Shown piece by piece: positions 29,563-38,636 of a DNA stretch of 64,000 nt. The position numbers and the translations under genes are program-made. Positions within the stretch are counted from its first letter, which is position 1; the number at the start of each line of letters is the position of its first letter. The DNA comes from Waterburya sp. (GTDB lineage Bacteria; Cyanobacteriota; Cyanobacteriia; Cyanobacteriales; Xenococcaceae). A model generated the notes under the pieces. It was not told the DNA's origin, made no database searches, and worked only from the letters and a program-made list of their open reading frames with translations. The DNA lies in NCBI GenBank assembly GCA_965217895.1, contig CBDCJV010000002.1, positions 2,144,001 through 2,208,000 of the forward strand. Reading direction: 5' to 3'.

Positions 29563-30972
29563 TTAAGTATGCTTGGCGATCGCCATATTTTTTTTGGCTT
29601 GACTGCGTTTGCCGTTTAAGATTAAAGGAACGCCATTATTAGGAGCAATTGTAGCACCGCGACGTTTAGGAAGAATAGGGCGATCGCTCGTTAAGCTCAA
29701 ATCCCATCCTGTTAGGATCTTGGCTAGGACTAATTTCATTTCCAGTAAAGCTAAAGCATAGCCAATACAACGACGATTACCGCCACCAAAAGGCAAAAAC
29801 TCATAGGTTGAATAGCGGTGAGACCCCGAATGCTCACCAAGACGTTGATGCTCTAAAAACCGTTCTGGCTTGAATTGCTTAGGTTCAGGATATAAATCTT
29901 GCCGATGATGAGTTAAGTAAATAGCAGGTGCAAGCATTTCTTCTGGGTCAAACTGATGCCCCATAACTTTAATCGGCGATTTGGCAAACCGTAAAAAAGC
30001 AATAAATGCCACTGGATAAATCCTTAGAGTTTCATTGCAGACAGCAGTTAAATAGGGCAAGCGAGAAATTGTCAAAGGATCGGCATCAGAATCCAAACTA
30101 TCCAATTCTGCTAGTAATTTTTGTTTGACCTCTGGGAGTTTATGAACCCAATACAAAGCCCAAGATAAAGCAGTAGCAGTAGTTTCATGTCCTGCTACCA
30201 ACAGAGTCATCATCTGATCCTTTAGCTCAATGTTGCTTAAGCCTTCTCCCTGTTCATCGCGGGCAGACATCAATAAACTGAGAACGTCGTTACCTAATAA
30301 TTCTGAATTAGCTCGTCTCTCATCGATTTCAGCTTGTAATAACTCGTAAATTTTGCGCTTGCGTCTTACTACCTTACCCCAAGGACTCCATTCGCCCAAA
30401 TCCTGCTGTAAGAAAGGTAAAAAGATGACGCTAGCTTTAATTGGCGAGCCTGTTAGGTCTAACAACTCAATTAGCGGGGGTTTTATCTGTTGATAACGTT
30501 CTCCTTCACTTAACCCAAAAACAACGTGCAGAATTGTTTCTAAAGTAATATCCTGCATTGCTTTTTGAGCCACAAAAGTTGATTTTTCTTGCCATCGATT
30601 TGCTACTTGTTCAGTGATCTGACAAATAGTTTCGGCGTAAGACTTGACCTTTTCGCCATGAAAAGGAGGCATCATTAACTTGCGCTGTCGGCGATGCTGC
30701 ACACCGTCTAGCAGAACTAAAGAGTTATCTCCCAGCAAACTGGCAGCTAAATTGTTAGTACGTCCCACATCAAATTGTTTAGCATCTACGCTCAAGATTT
30801 CTTCAATTCCTTGAGGATCGCTGACAACGGTAAAAGGTGGCAAGCCCATTAAGTTTAAATTAAATGTATCTCCGTACTTTCTGGCGCATTCTTCTAAGAA
30901 ATCAAGGGGTCTAAAAATCCAGTTCATTAACTGCACAAATGGCGAACTTTGAGGTCCATTTAAAGATTTCAT
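29563..30972 (-). CDS. Cytochrome P450 (CYP110-like)
   Basis: AGHETT I-helix, ETLR, PERF and FGGGNRRCIG heme motif. Confidence 0.95.
   Translation of the reverse strand: MKSLNGPQSSPFVQLMNWIFRPLDFLEECARKYGDTFNLNLMGLPPFTVVSDPQGIEEILSVDAKQFDVGRTNNLAASLLGDNSLVLLDGVQHRRQRKLMMPPFHGEKVKSYAETICQITEQVANRWQEKSTFVAQKAMQDITLETILHVVFGLSEGERYQQIKPPLIELLDLTGSPIKASVIFLPFLQQDLGEWSPWGKVVRRKRKIYELLQAEIDERRANSELLGNDVLSLLMSARDEQGEGLSNIELKDQMMTLLVAGHETTATALSWALYWVHKLPEVKQKLLAELDSLDSDADPLTISRLPYLTAVCNETLRIYPVAFIAFLRFAKSPIKVMGHQFDPEEMLAPAIYLTHHRQDLYPEPKQFKPERFLEHQRLGEHSGSHRYSTYEFLPFGGGNRRCIGYALALLEMKLVLAKILTGWDLSLTSDRPILPKRRGATIAPNNGVPLILNGKRSQAKKNMAIAKHT
29815..29844. mobile_element. 30-nt hairpin insertion in-frame in the P450 gene
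   Basis: GGTGAG-accccgaatg-CTCACC stem; adds RLGEHSGSHR between PERFLEHQ and YSTYEFLPFGGG. Confidence 0.65.
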
Positions 30973-31081
30973 GCTTAAATTTAGAATAAGTTTCAGGTTA
31001 GAAAATTTGCTTTTTAGGGAAGTTTAGTTTTAGTGTAAATGCGATCGCAACGAAAAAACAAAATTGTAACTGAGTCCCGTA

Positions 31082-32287
31082 ATGAAAATTGCCTTATTTA
31101 CCTACTCAACGAAACCTAGAGGCGGAGTGATTCATACTCTAGAATTAGGAGAAGCACTGCAAGCAGAAGGTCACCAAGTTTGCATCTATGCTTTGGATAA
31201 AGATAATATTGGCTTTCATCGTTCTGTGAATTGTTTTAGTAAGTTAATTCCGACTCAACCAGCAGCAGATCGCCAATTGTTGTTGCATAGGGAACAAGAC
31301 TATTCCCAGGGAAAGGCAGAAAAGCAGAATTTAGATTTAGTAGACGAACTAATTAAACAAAGAATACAAGAGTTTATTAATTATTTAACTCAGGAAACTG
31401 AGGAATACGATATTTATCACTCTCAAGACTGTATTAGTGCTAATGCTTTGAAAGTTATGCGAGACGAAGGAACGATTCCTTATTTTATTCGTACCGTACA
31501 CCATATTGATGAGTTTAATAGTCCATATTTACAAGCGTGCCACGATCGCTCTATTTTAGAACCAGATTTATGTTTGTGTGTGTCTCAGTATTGGCAGCAG
31601 CAATTACAACAACAGTATCAAATAGACGCGCCAGTAATTATTAACGGTGTTGATACCAAAAGATTTTCTAACAAGGTTAATGGTGAAGAAGCTAAGTTGA
31701 AACAGCAATTAAATATTCAAGGCAATCCTGTTTATTTAACTATCGGAGGAATTGAACCTCGTAAAAATTCCTTGAAACTATTACAAGCTTTTACTGAGAT
31801 ATTAAAAACTCATTCTCAAGCACAGCTAATTATCGCTGGTGGAGAGACTCTATTTGATTATGAACCTTATCGCCTCCAGTTTTTTAACCTTGCAAAACAA
31901 AATAAGATTAAGATTGGAGAGTCTCTAATTCTACCTGGAGTGATGGCAGATAAAGACATCTCAGTTTTATATCGCTGTGCTGATGCCTTTGTCTTTCCTT
32001 CCGTTAAAGAAGGCTGGGGATTAGTATTATTAGAAGCGATCGCTTCAGGATTGCCCATAATTACCTCTAATATTCCTCCTTTTACCGAATTTTTGGACGA
32101 TGAATCAGCCTTACTTGTAGATCCCAATTCAAGTAAAAATATGGCGATCGCCATGCTTGATATATTAAATAAAAACCTAACTCAAAAACTAATTAGCAAC
32201 AGCGCAAATATCCCCTCTCAATACTCCTGGCAAAAATCGGCACAAATGCACCTAAAACATTACTCACAACTGTTACAAAATCATTAA
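31082..32287 (+). CDS. GT4 glycosyltransferase, MSMEG_0565 family
   Basis: YSTKPRGGVIHTLEL, HSQDCISANAL, RTVHHID, GGIEPRKN and EGWGLVLLEA motifs. Confidence 0.85.
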   Translation: MKIALFTYSTKPRGGVIHTLELGEALQAEGHQVCIYALDKDNIGFHRSVNCFSKLIPTQPAADRQLLLHREQDYSQGKAEKQNLDLVDELIKQRIQEFINYLTQETEEYDIYHSQDCISANALKVMRDEGTIPYFIRTVHHIDEFNSPYLQACHDRSILEPDLCLCVSQYWQQQLQQQYQIDAPVIINGVDTKRFSNKVNGEEAKLKQQLNIQGNPVYLTIGGIEPRKNSLKLLQAFTEILKTHSQAQLIIAGGETLFDYEPYRLQFFNLAKQNKIKIGESLILPGVMADKDISVLYRCADAFVFPSVKEGWGLVLLEAIASGLPIITSNIPPFTEFLDDESALLVDPNSSKNMAIAMLDILNKNLTQKLISNSANIPSQYSWQKSAQMHLKHYSQLLQNH

Positions 32288-32321
32288 CCTTTTTACTTTT
32301 TACTTCTTACTTTTTTAAACC

Positions 32322-32609
32322 ATGCCTGAAATCAACTTTCAAATACAATGGCCAGACGGTACACAGCAAAGCTGTTATTCTCCTTCTTTGGTGGTAAAAC
32401 AATACTTTACTCCTGGAGAAGAATACCAATTGACAGAGTTTGTGGAAAAATCCCGTATTGCCCTTAACATTGCCAGCGATCGCGTTAAAGAGGCTTATGG
32501 TTTTCCCTGTAGTCGAGCGTTAGGGCAACTACAGCAAATAGAATCTAAAGCATCTGAATATCAAAAGCTATCCGAAGCAAAAGTGCTGTTTGTAGATTTT
32601 GAGGGATAG
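32322..32609 (+). CDS. MSMEG_0570 family nitrogen-starvation response protein
   Basis: MPEINFQIQWPDG...CYSPSLVV...ASDRV...YGFPCSRA. Confidence 0.88.
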   Translation: MPEINFQIQWPDGTQQSCYSPSLVVKQYFTPGEEYQLTEFVEKSRIALNIASDRVKEAYGFPCSRALGQLQQIESKASEYQKLSEAKVLFVDFEG

Positions 32610-32625
32610 TAGCGATAAATTTCGC

Positions 32626-33456
32626 TCAAGGCAGAGATTGAATATAATCAACTTCTTCTTGCCAATAGGAGGGGAGGCTGTTCCAAGGATCGCCATCACT
32701 ATCTGTAGGGCTATCATCTGTAACGTAAATATAGCCAAAGTTACGCTTTACAGCCAGATCGATGTAGCTTTTCATGGTGGCAGCATCGGGTACAGAATGA
32801 ATCAAGCTAGCAAAATGCTTACTGTTAATTTGGTCTACATAAGCTGGTGGTTTGTATCCTATCCAAGCTTGAAAAAAGTCTTCAAAGATAACTGCTGTAT
32901 CTGCTGCGGGACGAGTCAGATAAGCGCGATCGGTATGTGTACCTGGATTAATTACTACTTGGTTTTGATTGCCTTTGGCTTTTATATAGTGATAAATCTG
33001 CTGATAATAAGCAATTTGCTGGACATGACTAGCACTTTCATCGAGAAAAATTCCTTTAACGCCAAAATGAGCATAGTAAAGATCGATATCTCTTTTTACT
33101 TCTGCCAAAGGGCGATCGCCATATTTAGTATAGACATAGCCCAAAATGGTAATATTTGCCTGTTTTAAATCTTTCAAACCCCTGGCATAATCTTGGTTAG
33201 GCGGTTGACCATCAGGACCATTATTAGGATTGATAATTGCTACAATTGATACTTGCTTGGCTGCTGAAACTACATCTGACCAGACATAATTATCTGGCTC
33301 ATACCAGTTAGGGTAAATATAAAGCGGTAAGAGAATTTTCAATGAGTTACTCTTTGCTGCTTGAGAATTACAGGATAGAACCAGAAAAATAATTATAATA
33401 GCAATTAAAAGCTGGCTTAATTTGGATTTGTTTTTGCTAAATGGTAATTCAATCAT
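32626..33456 (-). CDS. Spherulation-specific family 4 (Sph3/GH135) glycoside hydrolase, probable lipoprotein
   Basis: PLYIYP, IINPNNGP, LGYVYT.Y, GIFLDE, VINPG, IFE, YVTD and PWNSLPSYW motifs; LVLSC lipobox-like. Confidence 0.85.
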   Translation of the reverse strand: MIELPFSKNKSKLSQLLIAIIIIFLVLSCNSQAAKSNSLKILLPLYIYPNWYEPDNYVWSDVVSAAKQVSIVAIINPNNGPDGQPPNQDYARGLKDLKQANITILGYVYTKYGDRPLAEVKRDIDLYYAHFGVKGIFLDESASHVQQIAYYQQIYHYIKAKGNQNQVVINPGTHTDRAYLTRPAADTAVIFEDFFQAWIGYKPPAYVDQINSKHFASLIHSVPDAATMKSYIDLAVKRNFGYIYVTDDSPTDSDGDPWNSLPSYWQEEVDYIQSLP

Positions 33457-33466
33457 GATTAATTAA

Positions 33467-33528
33467 GGTGGGCAATAATTTATTTTTAAATACTTGATTA
33501 AGAGAAAAATAAAGTTTGCCCACCCTAC
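33467..33528. repeat. REPIN-like element GGTGGGCA...TGCCCACCCTAC
   Basis: Inverted ends around an AT-rich spacer; second copy at 59243-59302. Confidence 0.75.
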
Positions 33529-33564
33529 ACCTTAATAAAAATTTCACTTGATACTTGCTACTTA

Positions 33565-35106
33565 TCAATACCCACCGAGGTAATAAGCATAATCAGGATT
33601 ATCAATCGCCTGGAGAATCTTACGTCGAGAAAGCAAGAAAAAGACAGTTGAACCTATGACCAAACCAAGTACTGCCCATTCTGGCGCGATCGCCTTGGCT
33701 GCAATATAGCCTACGACCAAATTAACAATGAGACTGGGAAACAGCGCGGAGATAGCTGCAAAGGCAATATTGAGATTAAATAAAATCACTGCATTTAATA
33801 AACCCAATACTAATAAAAAATATCCTAAGCAACCCATCAGAGTTAAAGCAGGATTAACAGTTGCCCAAGGCTTAGGAGTAGGGATACCAACGGTAAAGTA
33901 AACCAGTAAAACAAAGAAAAGTAGAATAATGGCAATCAAAAGTAAATAGCCTTGATGTAACTTTTGAGATAAAGCAGCCATGTTTTCAAATGTCCTTACC
34001 TTTGCCTGTTTATACCAATAGTTGATGAGCTTGTAAGCCAAATATTCACTCAGGGGTACAGCTAAGAGGAAATTAAGTAAAGCCAAATCCATTGCTCGTT
34101 GATATGCCGAATCTATGGCGAAAATTAGTCCCGAAGCAGCATCTACTGACCAACCTGCCACCAGGCGATCTGCGAAAATAAAGCAAAAATAAACAATTCC
34201 ATAACCGAAAAAAGGAGCGAGTAAATAGACGCTTGCACTAAGGCTAGGTAATTCAACTTCTCCATCGGTAGGATAGGCAAACTGTTGTTTCTTGAATAAG
34301 ATAGCAACGGCGATCGCCAAAAGAATTAGAGTCAAAAAGATGGCGATAATTTGCGCCTCTAATGCCCCCATGCCTAACTGAAACTTGATACCCCAAAATA
34401 ATGCGGTTAAGCCAATCAAGGTCAAGGGCGTACCCCAAATTGAGAGTAAAGAAAGGATAGATAACAATATCCAAAGTAAACTTAAGACTAAATAATAGCT
34501 AGTTCCTAAAACCAGATATTCATCGGCAAACAAACCGCGATAGAAACCGAACCAGATGCTGATTACAGCCAATATAAAGCTAGTGAGCATTCCCAAGCCC
34601 AAAAGAGCCAGACAGGCTTTTCTTGCCTGTTGAGGTAAGCCTAAACCGAGATAAAATTCGCCTCTTCGAGCGATCGCCTGGACAAATCCGCCACTGGTAA
34701 TTAGACTTGCTAAAGTAGCTAAGGTAAACAAGGCAGCTAATTGAGGCGGGATAAACTTCCAGGTATTGCCAGAGTCTACATTGCCTAAGACCAAAAGAGA
34801 AATTAGAGGAATAGCATAAACAAAGCTACGGGAAAATTGTTCGACAAAAGCATATAGTTCCTTGGTTATCCTGGCTTGACCACTAAAAGCTGGCGGAGTT
34901 TTGGGTTTTAGGACACGAGGATTATTACGCTCAAAAATATACTGCCCAATTTCTAAAACATCGGCAAAGCCAAACTCTTGTTCAATAATGCGATCCGTGT
35001 AGCCCAAAGATTCAACAATCGCCATTGTTTGCCAACGATCGACTAGCCTAGGACTAACGGTTTCTACCTGTGCGATTAATTCTAAAAGTTTTTGTTCAGG
35101 GGACAT
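33565..35106 (-). CDS. Multi-TM membrane protein, PelG-like polysaccharide transporter/flippase
   Basis: About 12 TM helices, FIFADRLVAGW and MDLALL motifs, C-terminal DYAYY; directly downstream of a PelF-like GT. Confidence 0.6.
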   Translation of the reverse strand: MSPEQKLLELIAQVETVSPRLVDRWQTMAIVESLGYTDRIIEQEFGFADVLEIGQYIFERNNPRVLKPKTPPAFSGQARITKELYAFVEQFSRSFVYAIPLISLLVLGNVDSGNTWKFIPPQLAALFTLATLASLITSGGFVQAIARRGEFYLGLGLPQQARKACLALLGLGMLTSFILAVISIWFGFYRGLFADEYLVLGTSYYLVLSLLWILLSILSLLSIWGTPLTLIGLTALFWGIKFQLGMGALEAQIIAIFLTLILLAIAVAILFKKQQFAYPTDGEVELPSLSASVYLLAPFFGYGIVYFCFIFADRLVAGWSVDAASGLIFAIDSAYQRAMDLALLNFLLAVPLSEYLAYKLINYWYKQAKVRTFENMAALSQKLHQGYLLLIAIILLFFVLLVYFTVGIPTPKPWATVNPALTLMGCLGYFLLVLGLLNAVILFNLNIAFAAISALFPSLIVNLVVGYIAAKAIAPEWAVLGLVIGSTVFFLLSRRKILQAIDNPDYAYYLGGY

Positions 35107-35112
35107 ATATAG

Positions 35113-35140
35113 GTAGGGGCTAACGGCCGTTAGCCCTTAC
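35113..35140. repeat. Intact REP-like palindrome
   Basis: GTAGGGGCTAACGGCCGTTAGCCCTTAC. Confidence 0.85.
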
Positions 35141-35153
35141 AGGCAATAAATAA

Positions 35154-36626
35154 TTACCTGTTTTTTAGTAATTGGTAATAAGTATCCAAATGTTCAGATA
35201 AAAATGTTTTTTGCGTAAATAATTTTAGGGAACGATCCAAAGCCCGTTTGCCGTATTGCGATCGCTTTTCAGGAGATAGCAACAATAGTTTCAAGACCGC
35301 TTCTGCCATTTGTTCTGGGCGACCAGCCCGCACCATCAAGCCCGTATCGGCGATCGCCTCTCGCACTCCGCCTACATCCGTAGAGACGATAGTTGCCCCC
35401 GAAAGCATAGCCTCGATAATGGCGAAAGGAAAGCCTTCGGAAATACTAGAAGAAACGACTACATCCGCCTCGCTATATGCTCGCCAGGGTTCACTAGTAA
35501 AACCAGCAAAGTTAATGGTTTCCTCCAGGTTGTGTTCCCGCACAAGTTTTTGACACTGGGCAAAATAATTTTCGTCACTAGCTTTGCCATAGAAGCGAAA
35601 TTCTACATCAGGGATCTTATCCCGCACCGTCACCGCAGCTTGAATTAAGTCTAGTTGACCTTTAAGCGGAAAGATCAAGCCCATATTCATTACTTGAGGG
35701 CGTGCTTTTGTAATCGGTGGGGTAGGATGAAATTTCTCTGGATCTGCACCGTTATAAATAACCTTTATCTTCTCAGAAGGTACACCCCACCAGCGTTCCC
35801 AACGAGCATTATATTCACAGACGGGTGCCACAAGATCGGCAAAGTAAAAGTTGAGTTTAACCACTGCACCCATCAGACGATATAAAAACTTACGCACAAA
35901 TAAAGAAGGAATACTTTGATTTAGATTTAAATATTGCTCGCGAATGTTAATCCCGTGTTCGGTGAGTAAATAGGGAGTTCCTCGTTGCAGTTTGGCAATG
36001 ATGCAGGGGAGTCCACAAAAAGCTGCTGCTGAAGAATGGGTAATGTCGGTTTTGGGGACAGGTACGTGGATAGTAATTAAAAATCGATACAGTAAGCGCA
36101 TGGCTTCAGTTAATTCAGCCAGGGTAACCTCTGCTAAATCTGCTTCTTGCTGACAATAATCCCATGCCAAATTCTTAAAGCACGACCATACTAAAGCTGA
36201 GTTCATGGTTTGATGATAGTCATAGCGCAGAAAGTATTCATGAAGGGCTAAAAGTAACAAACCAAAAGATTCTGCTTCAATTTCAGCAAGTAATACTGTC
36301 CTAAGAAAAGATTCGAAAAAAGTCAGGAACTTAGTTTGAATTAGCTTCGTACTTACCGCTTTCTTGCTTTTAAGTGCCTCAGAAAAAGGCGATCGCCAGC
36401 TATATTCAACAGGATCTTCTGTTCCCCACAGAGGGATTTTTAAAACTTCTAAAACATTGGCAGATAAATCATAGTGTTGTTTTTGATATGGGTTAGCCAC
36501 AACAGCCAGCAGCTTAAAATCTATTTCTGGTAGCTGTTGAGTTAAAACATGACACCAGGTACTGACTCCCCCCTTAGCAAAAGGATAAGTTCCCTCCGTT
36601 GTCAGCAGTACACAAGGTCTAGCCAA
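35154..36626 (-). CDS. pelF: GT4 glycosyltransferase PelF-like (DUF3492 + GT1 domain)
   Basis: EGTYPFAKGGVSTW, LLTEHGI..RE, IYNG and SSISEGFPFAIIEAM..G..IVSTDVGG motifs. Confidence 0.8.
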   Translation of the reverse strand: MARPCVLLTTEGTYPFAKGGVSTWCHVLTQQLPEIDFKLLAVVANPYQKQHYDLSANVLEVLKIPLWGTEDPVEYSWRSPFSEALKSKKAVSTKLIQTKFLTFFESFLRTVLLAEIEAESFGLLLLALHEYFLRYDYHQTMNSALVWSCFKNLAWDYCQQEADLAEVTLAELTEAMRLLYRFLITIHVPVPKTDITHSSAAAFCGLPCIIAKLQRGTPYLLTEHGINIREQYLNLNQSIPSLFVRKFLYRLMGAVVKLNFYFADLVAPVCEYNARWERWWGVPSEKIKVIYNGADPEKFHPTPPITKARPQVMNMGLIFPLKGQLDLIQAAVTVRDKIPDVEFRFYGKASDENYFAQCQKLVREHNLEETINFAGFTSEPWRAYSEADVVVSSSISEGFPFAIIEAMLSGATIVSTDVGGVREAIADTGLMVRAGRPEQMAEAVLKLLLLSPEKRSQYGKRALDRSLKLFTQKTFLSEHLDTYYQLLKNR

Positions 36627-36798
36627 TTTTAATTACCTCCAACAACCTTAGCTACAAATTTTTCTCCCAGTCCCCTAGTCCCCCAGTCAGTCATTTGTAG
36701 CCAACATAAATAGAAACGGTATAATTCCAGTCTTTGTCTGGTATAGGATTCACAGTTGCGATCTTACCCGCAAATTTCTGTGCCGTCACTCTTGTTCT

Positions 36799-36889
36799 GA
36801 CGTTGCTGATTTAAAGTATGAAACTGAAAATGATACTGTTCGTAGCTCTTAGCTTTTAATTGACTGTCATACTCCGATTCAGCAACGCC
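36799..36889. mobile_element. MITE-like element with ~23-bp imperfect terminal inverted repeats
   Basis: GACGTTGCTGATTTAAAGTATGA ... TCATACTCCGATTCAGCAACGCC. Confidence 0.75.
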
Positions 36890-36956
36890 CTTCTTTTTTT
36901 TTATCTATTGTGGGAGATGCTGACAACATTGGAGGCTATATGCAAATAATTCAAGC

Positions 36957-38252
36957 TTAAATCAAGCCACTGCTGGGGGGTTTAAAAGATTCTCCAGAAC
37001 TTTTATTTTCAGAAGAATTAAATTTGACAGACTTGGAAGAAAAAATGTTTTTCTGTCTCACAATATTTTGATAAGAACTAGAAATAGACTTTAACCAAGA
37101 TATACGAGAAGGAATAGGAGCGCGAGCAGGTTTTAATCCTTGCAGTACATCCGCTAGCTGCAACCCTTCTAAAGGCTTAGCTTCCTTGATTTTGTGCCAC
37201 ACAGAACGAGACATCAACAAAGTATGCTCGACAGAAATTGCGCCTATTTTATTAAAGTATTCTTCTCTTTCTGGTTGATAGTCAGCAGAGACTATTTCTA
37301 ACGGTTGAGCATAAAATTGGTTTTCAGGAGCCAAACCCTGTTTTCGCTCCACAGATTTCTGAACTATTTGCGCCATTTGCGCCGTCAGCTTCGGATACAG
37401 CCAGGTATAGGCAGGGTTGACGGTTAACTGCGCTCGATGAGGACGAGAACCATCTTTAGAGGATTCTAGTCGAAAATAGCCAATTGCTGCTTTTCTTTGT
37501 GGTTCAAAAACATACCCACTAACTACATCGGTGCCGTTGAGCCAATGTCGAATCTGACTAACTGCACTTTGAACTATGCTGCTTTTAAAATCTTCTGCGT
37601 GGCGGTCAAAAACTTGCCGTAGCAAAGGTGGCATAGAAACACAATCTAGCTGATAAAGTAATGGTGCATCCGCATTACTTATAGGCAGAAAATTGGGTAA
37701 GTCTGGATTTTGCTGTGCCAATTGAGTAATTAATTCGGCTGATATTTGCCAGTAGGTCATTTGAGCTAAAGGCTGAAAACCATTTTCTCGATAAAGAGCT
37801 AAATGATTTTTTTCATTCACGTTTACCTCTAGCATCCATGTCCTTGCTTCCCAAATATTTTGCAGACAGTGACGCAATAACTGCGAACCAATTTCTTTTT
37901 GGGTTTTAAGTAACTCCACTTCAGACGAGTTGCTATTGAGCAATACTCTTTCTACTCTCCAGGTGCTACGAGTGCTGTTGAGAGAAGCAACCTGGATTAA
38001 ACCTAAAACTTCTTCTAGATATTGAGCTACATATACTCGCCAACCATGATAATAAGAACGAGGTAAAAGACTCAAAAACCTTTTTAGTCCGTACCAAGAA
38101 CCTACTTGTTCTAGTTCCCTATCGATAGTTATAAGACGTTTGGAGGTTTCTTTGGCAACACATTCGCTCACCAAAGCATTAATTGCATCCACGTCACGAT
38201 ATTGAAGAGGACGAACTGTTAGCTGTTCATTATTAGGTACGGATGAAGTCAT
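36957..38252 (-). CDS. GNAT-family N-acetyltransferase (conserved cyanobacterial)
   Basis: IGSQLLRHC..WEARTWMLEVN..ALYRENGFQPLA GNAT motif. Confidence 0.8.
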   Translation of the reverse strand: MTSSVPNNEQLTVRPLQYRDVDAINALVSECVAKETSKRLITIDRELEQVGSWYGLKRFLSLLPRSYYHGWRVYVAQYLEEVLGLIQVASLNSTRSTWRVERVLLNSNSSEVELLKTQKEIGSQLLRHCLQNIWEARTWMLEVNVNEKNHLALYRENGFQPLAQMTYWQISAELITQLAQQNPDLPNFLPISNADAPLLYQLDCVSMPPLLRQVFDRHAEDFKSSIVQSAVSQIRHWLNGTDVVSGYVFEPQRKAAIGYFRLESSKDGSRPHRAQLTVNPAYTWLYPKLTAQMAQIVQKSVERKQGLAPENQFYAQPLEIVSADYQPEREEYFNKIGAISVEHTLLMSRSVWHKIKEAKPLEGLQLADVLQGLKPARAPIPSRISWLKSISSSYQNIVRQKNIFSSKSVKFNSSENKSSGESFKPPSSGLI

Positions 38253-38260
38253 GATCTTTT

Positions 38261-38536
38261 TTAATCAACCCTTTCTAACTGCCACAAAATTTGATTTCCT
38301 TCTCGTCTGACTCTAGATACAACCCAATTGCGCCATGACCAATGATCGCCTCTGCTAGTTACAGCACTGGCATTGATATCCATTAGGTCGGCAAGCTCGG
38401 AACTGCTGATGAGATAACCTTTACTAGCTATTTCTTCAGCGATTCTGAGGGTGTCAATTAAATCTCTTAATTGAGGTACTCTTTCCTCGCTTGATGTTCT
38501 GGTTTCTTCCATTGTACTGTTTGATAATTCAGTCAT
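38261..38536 (-). CDS. Conserved cyanobacterial hypothetical protein
   Basis: 91-aa ORF that overlaps or abuts the GNAT upstream region; SELADLMDINASAVTSRG HTH-like segment. Confidence 0.75.
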   Translation of the reverse strand: MTELSNSTMEETRTSSEERVPQLRDLIDTLRIAEEIASKGYLISSSELADLMDINASAVTSRGDHWSWRNWVVSRVRREGNQILWQLERVD

Positions 38537-38636
38537 AGCTAGCTAGATTTAAAATATCTAATGATTAGTTCTGAAGATGAAAGTACATCTTACGGATAAT
38601 AAAGTGTATCCCATAACTTGATTACCGTCATCTTAG

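Noticed and set aside
32599..33168. 189-aa plus-strand ORF
   Set aside because: Lies antisense to the motif-supported GH135 gene and has no recognisable motifs
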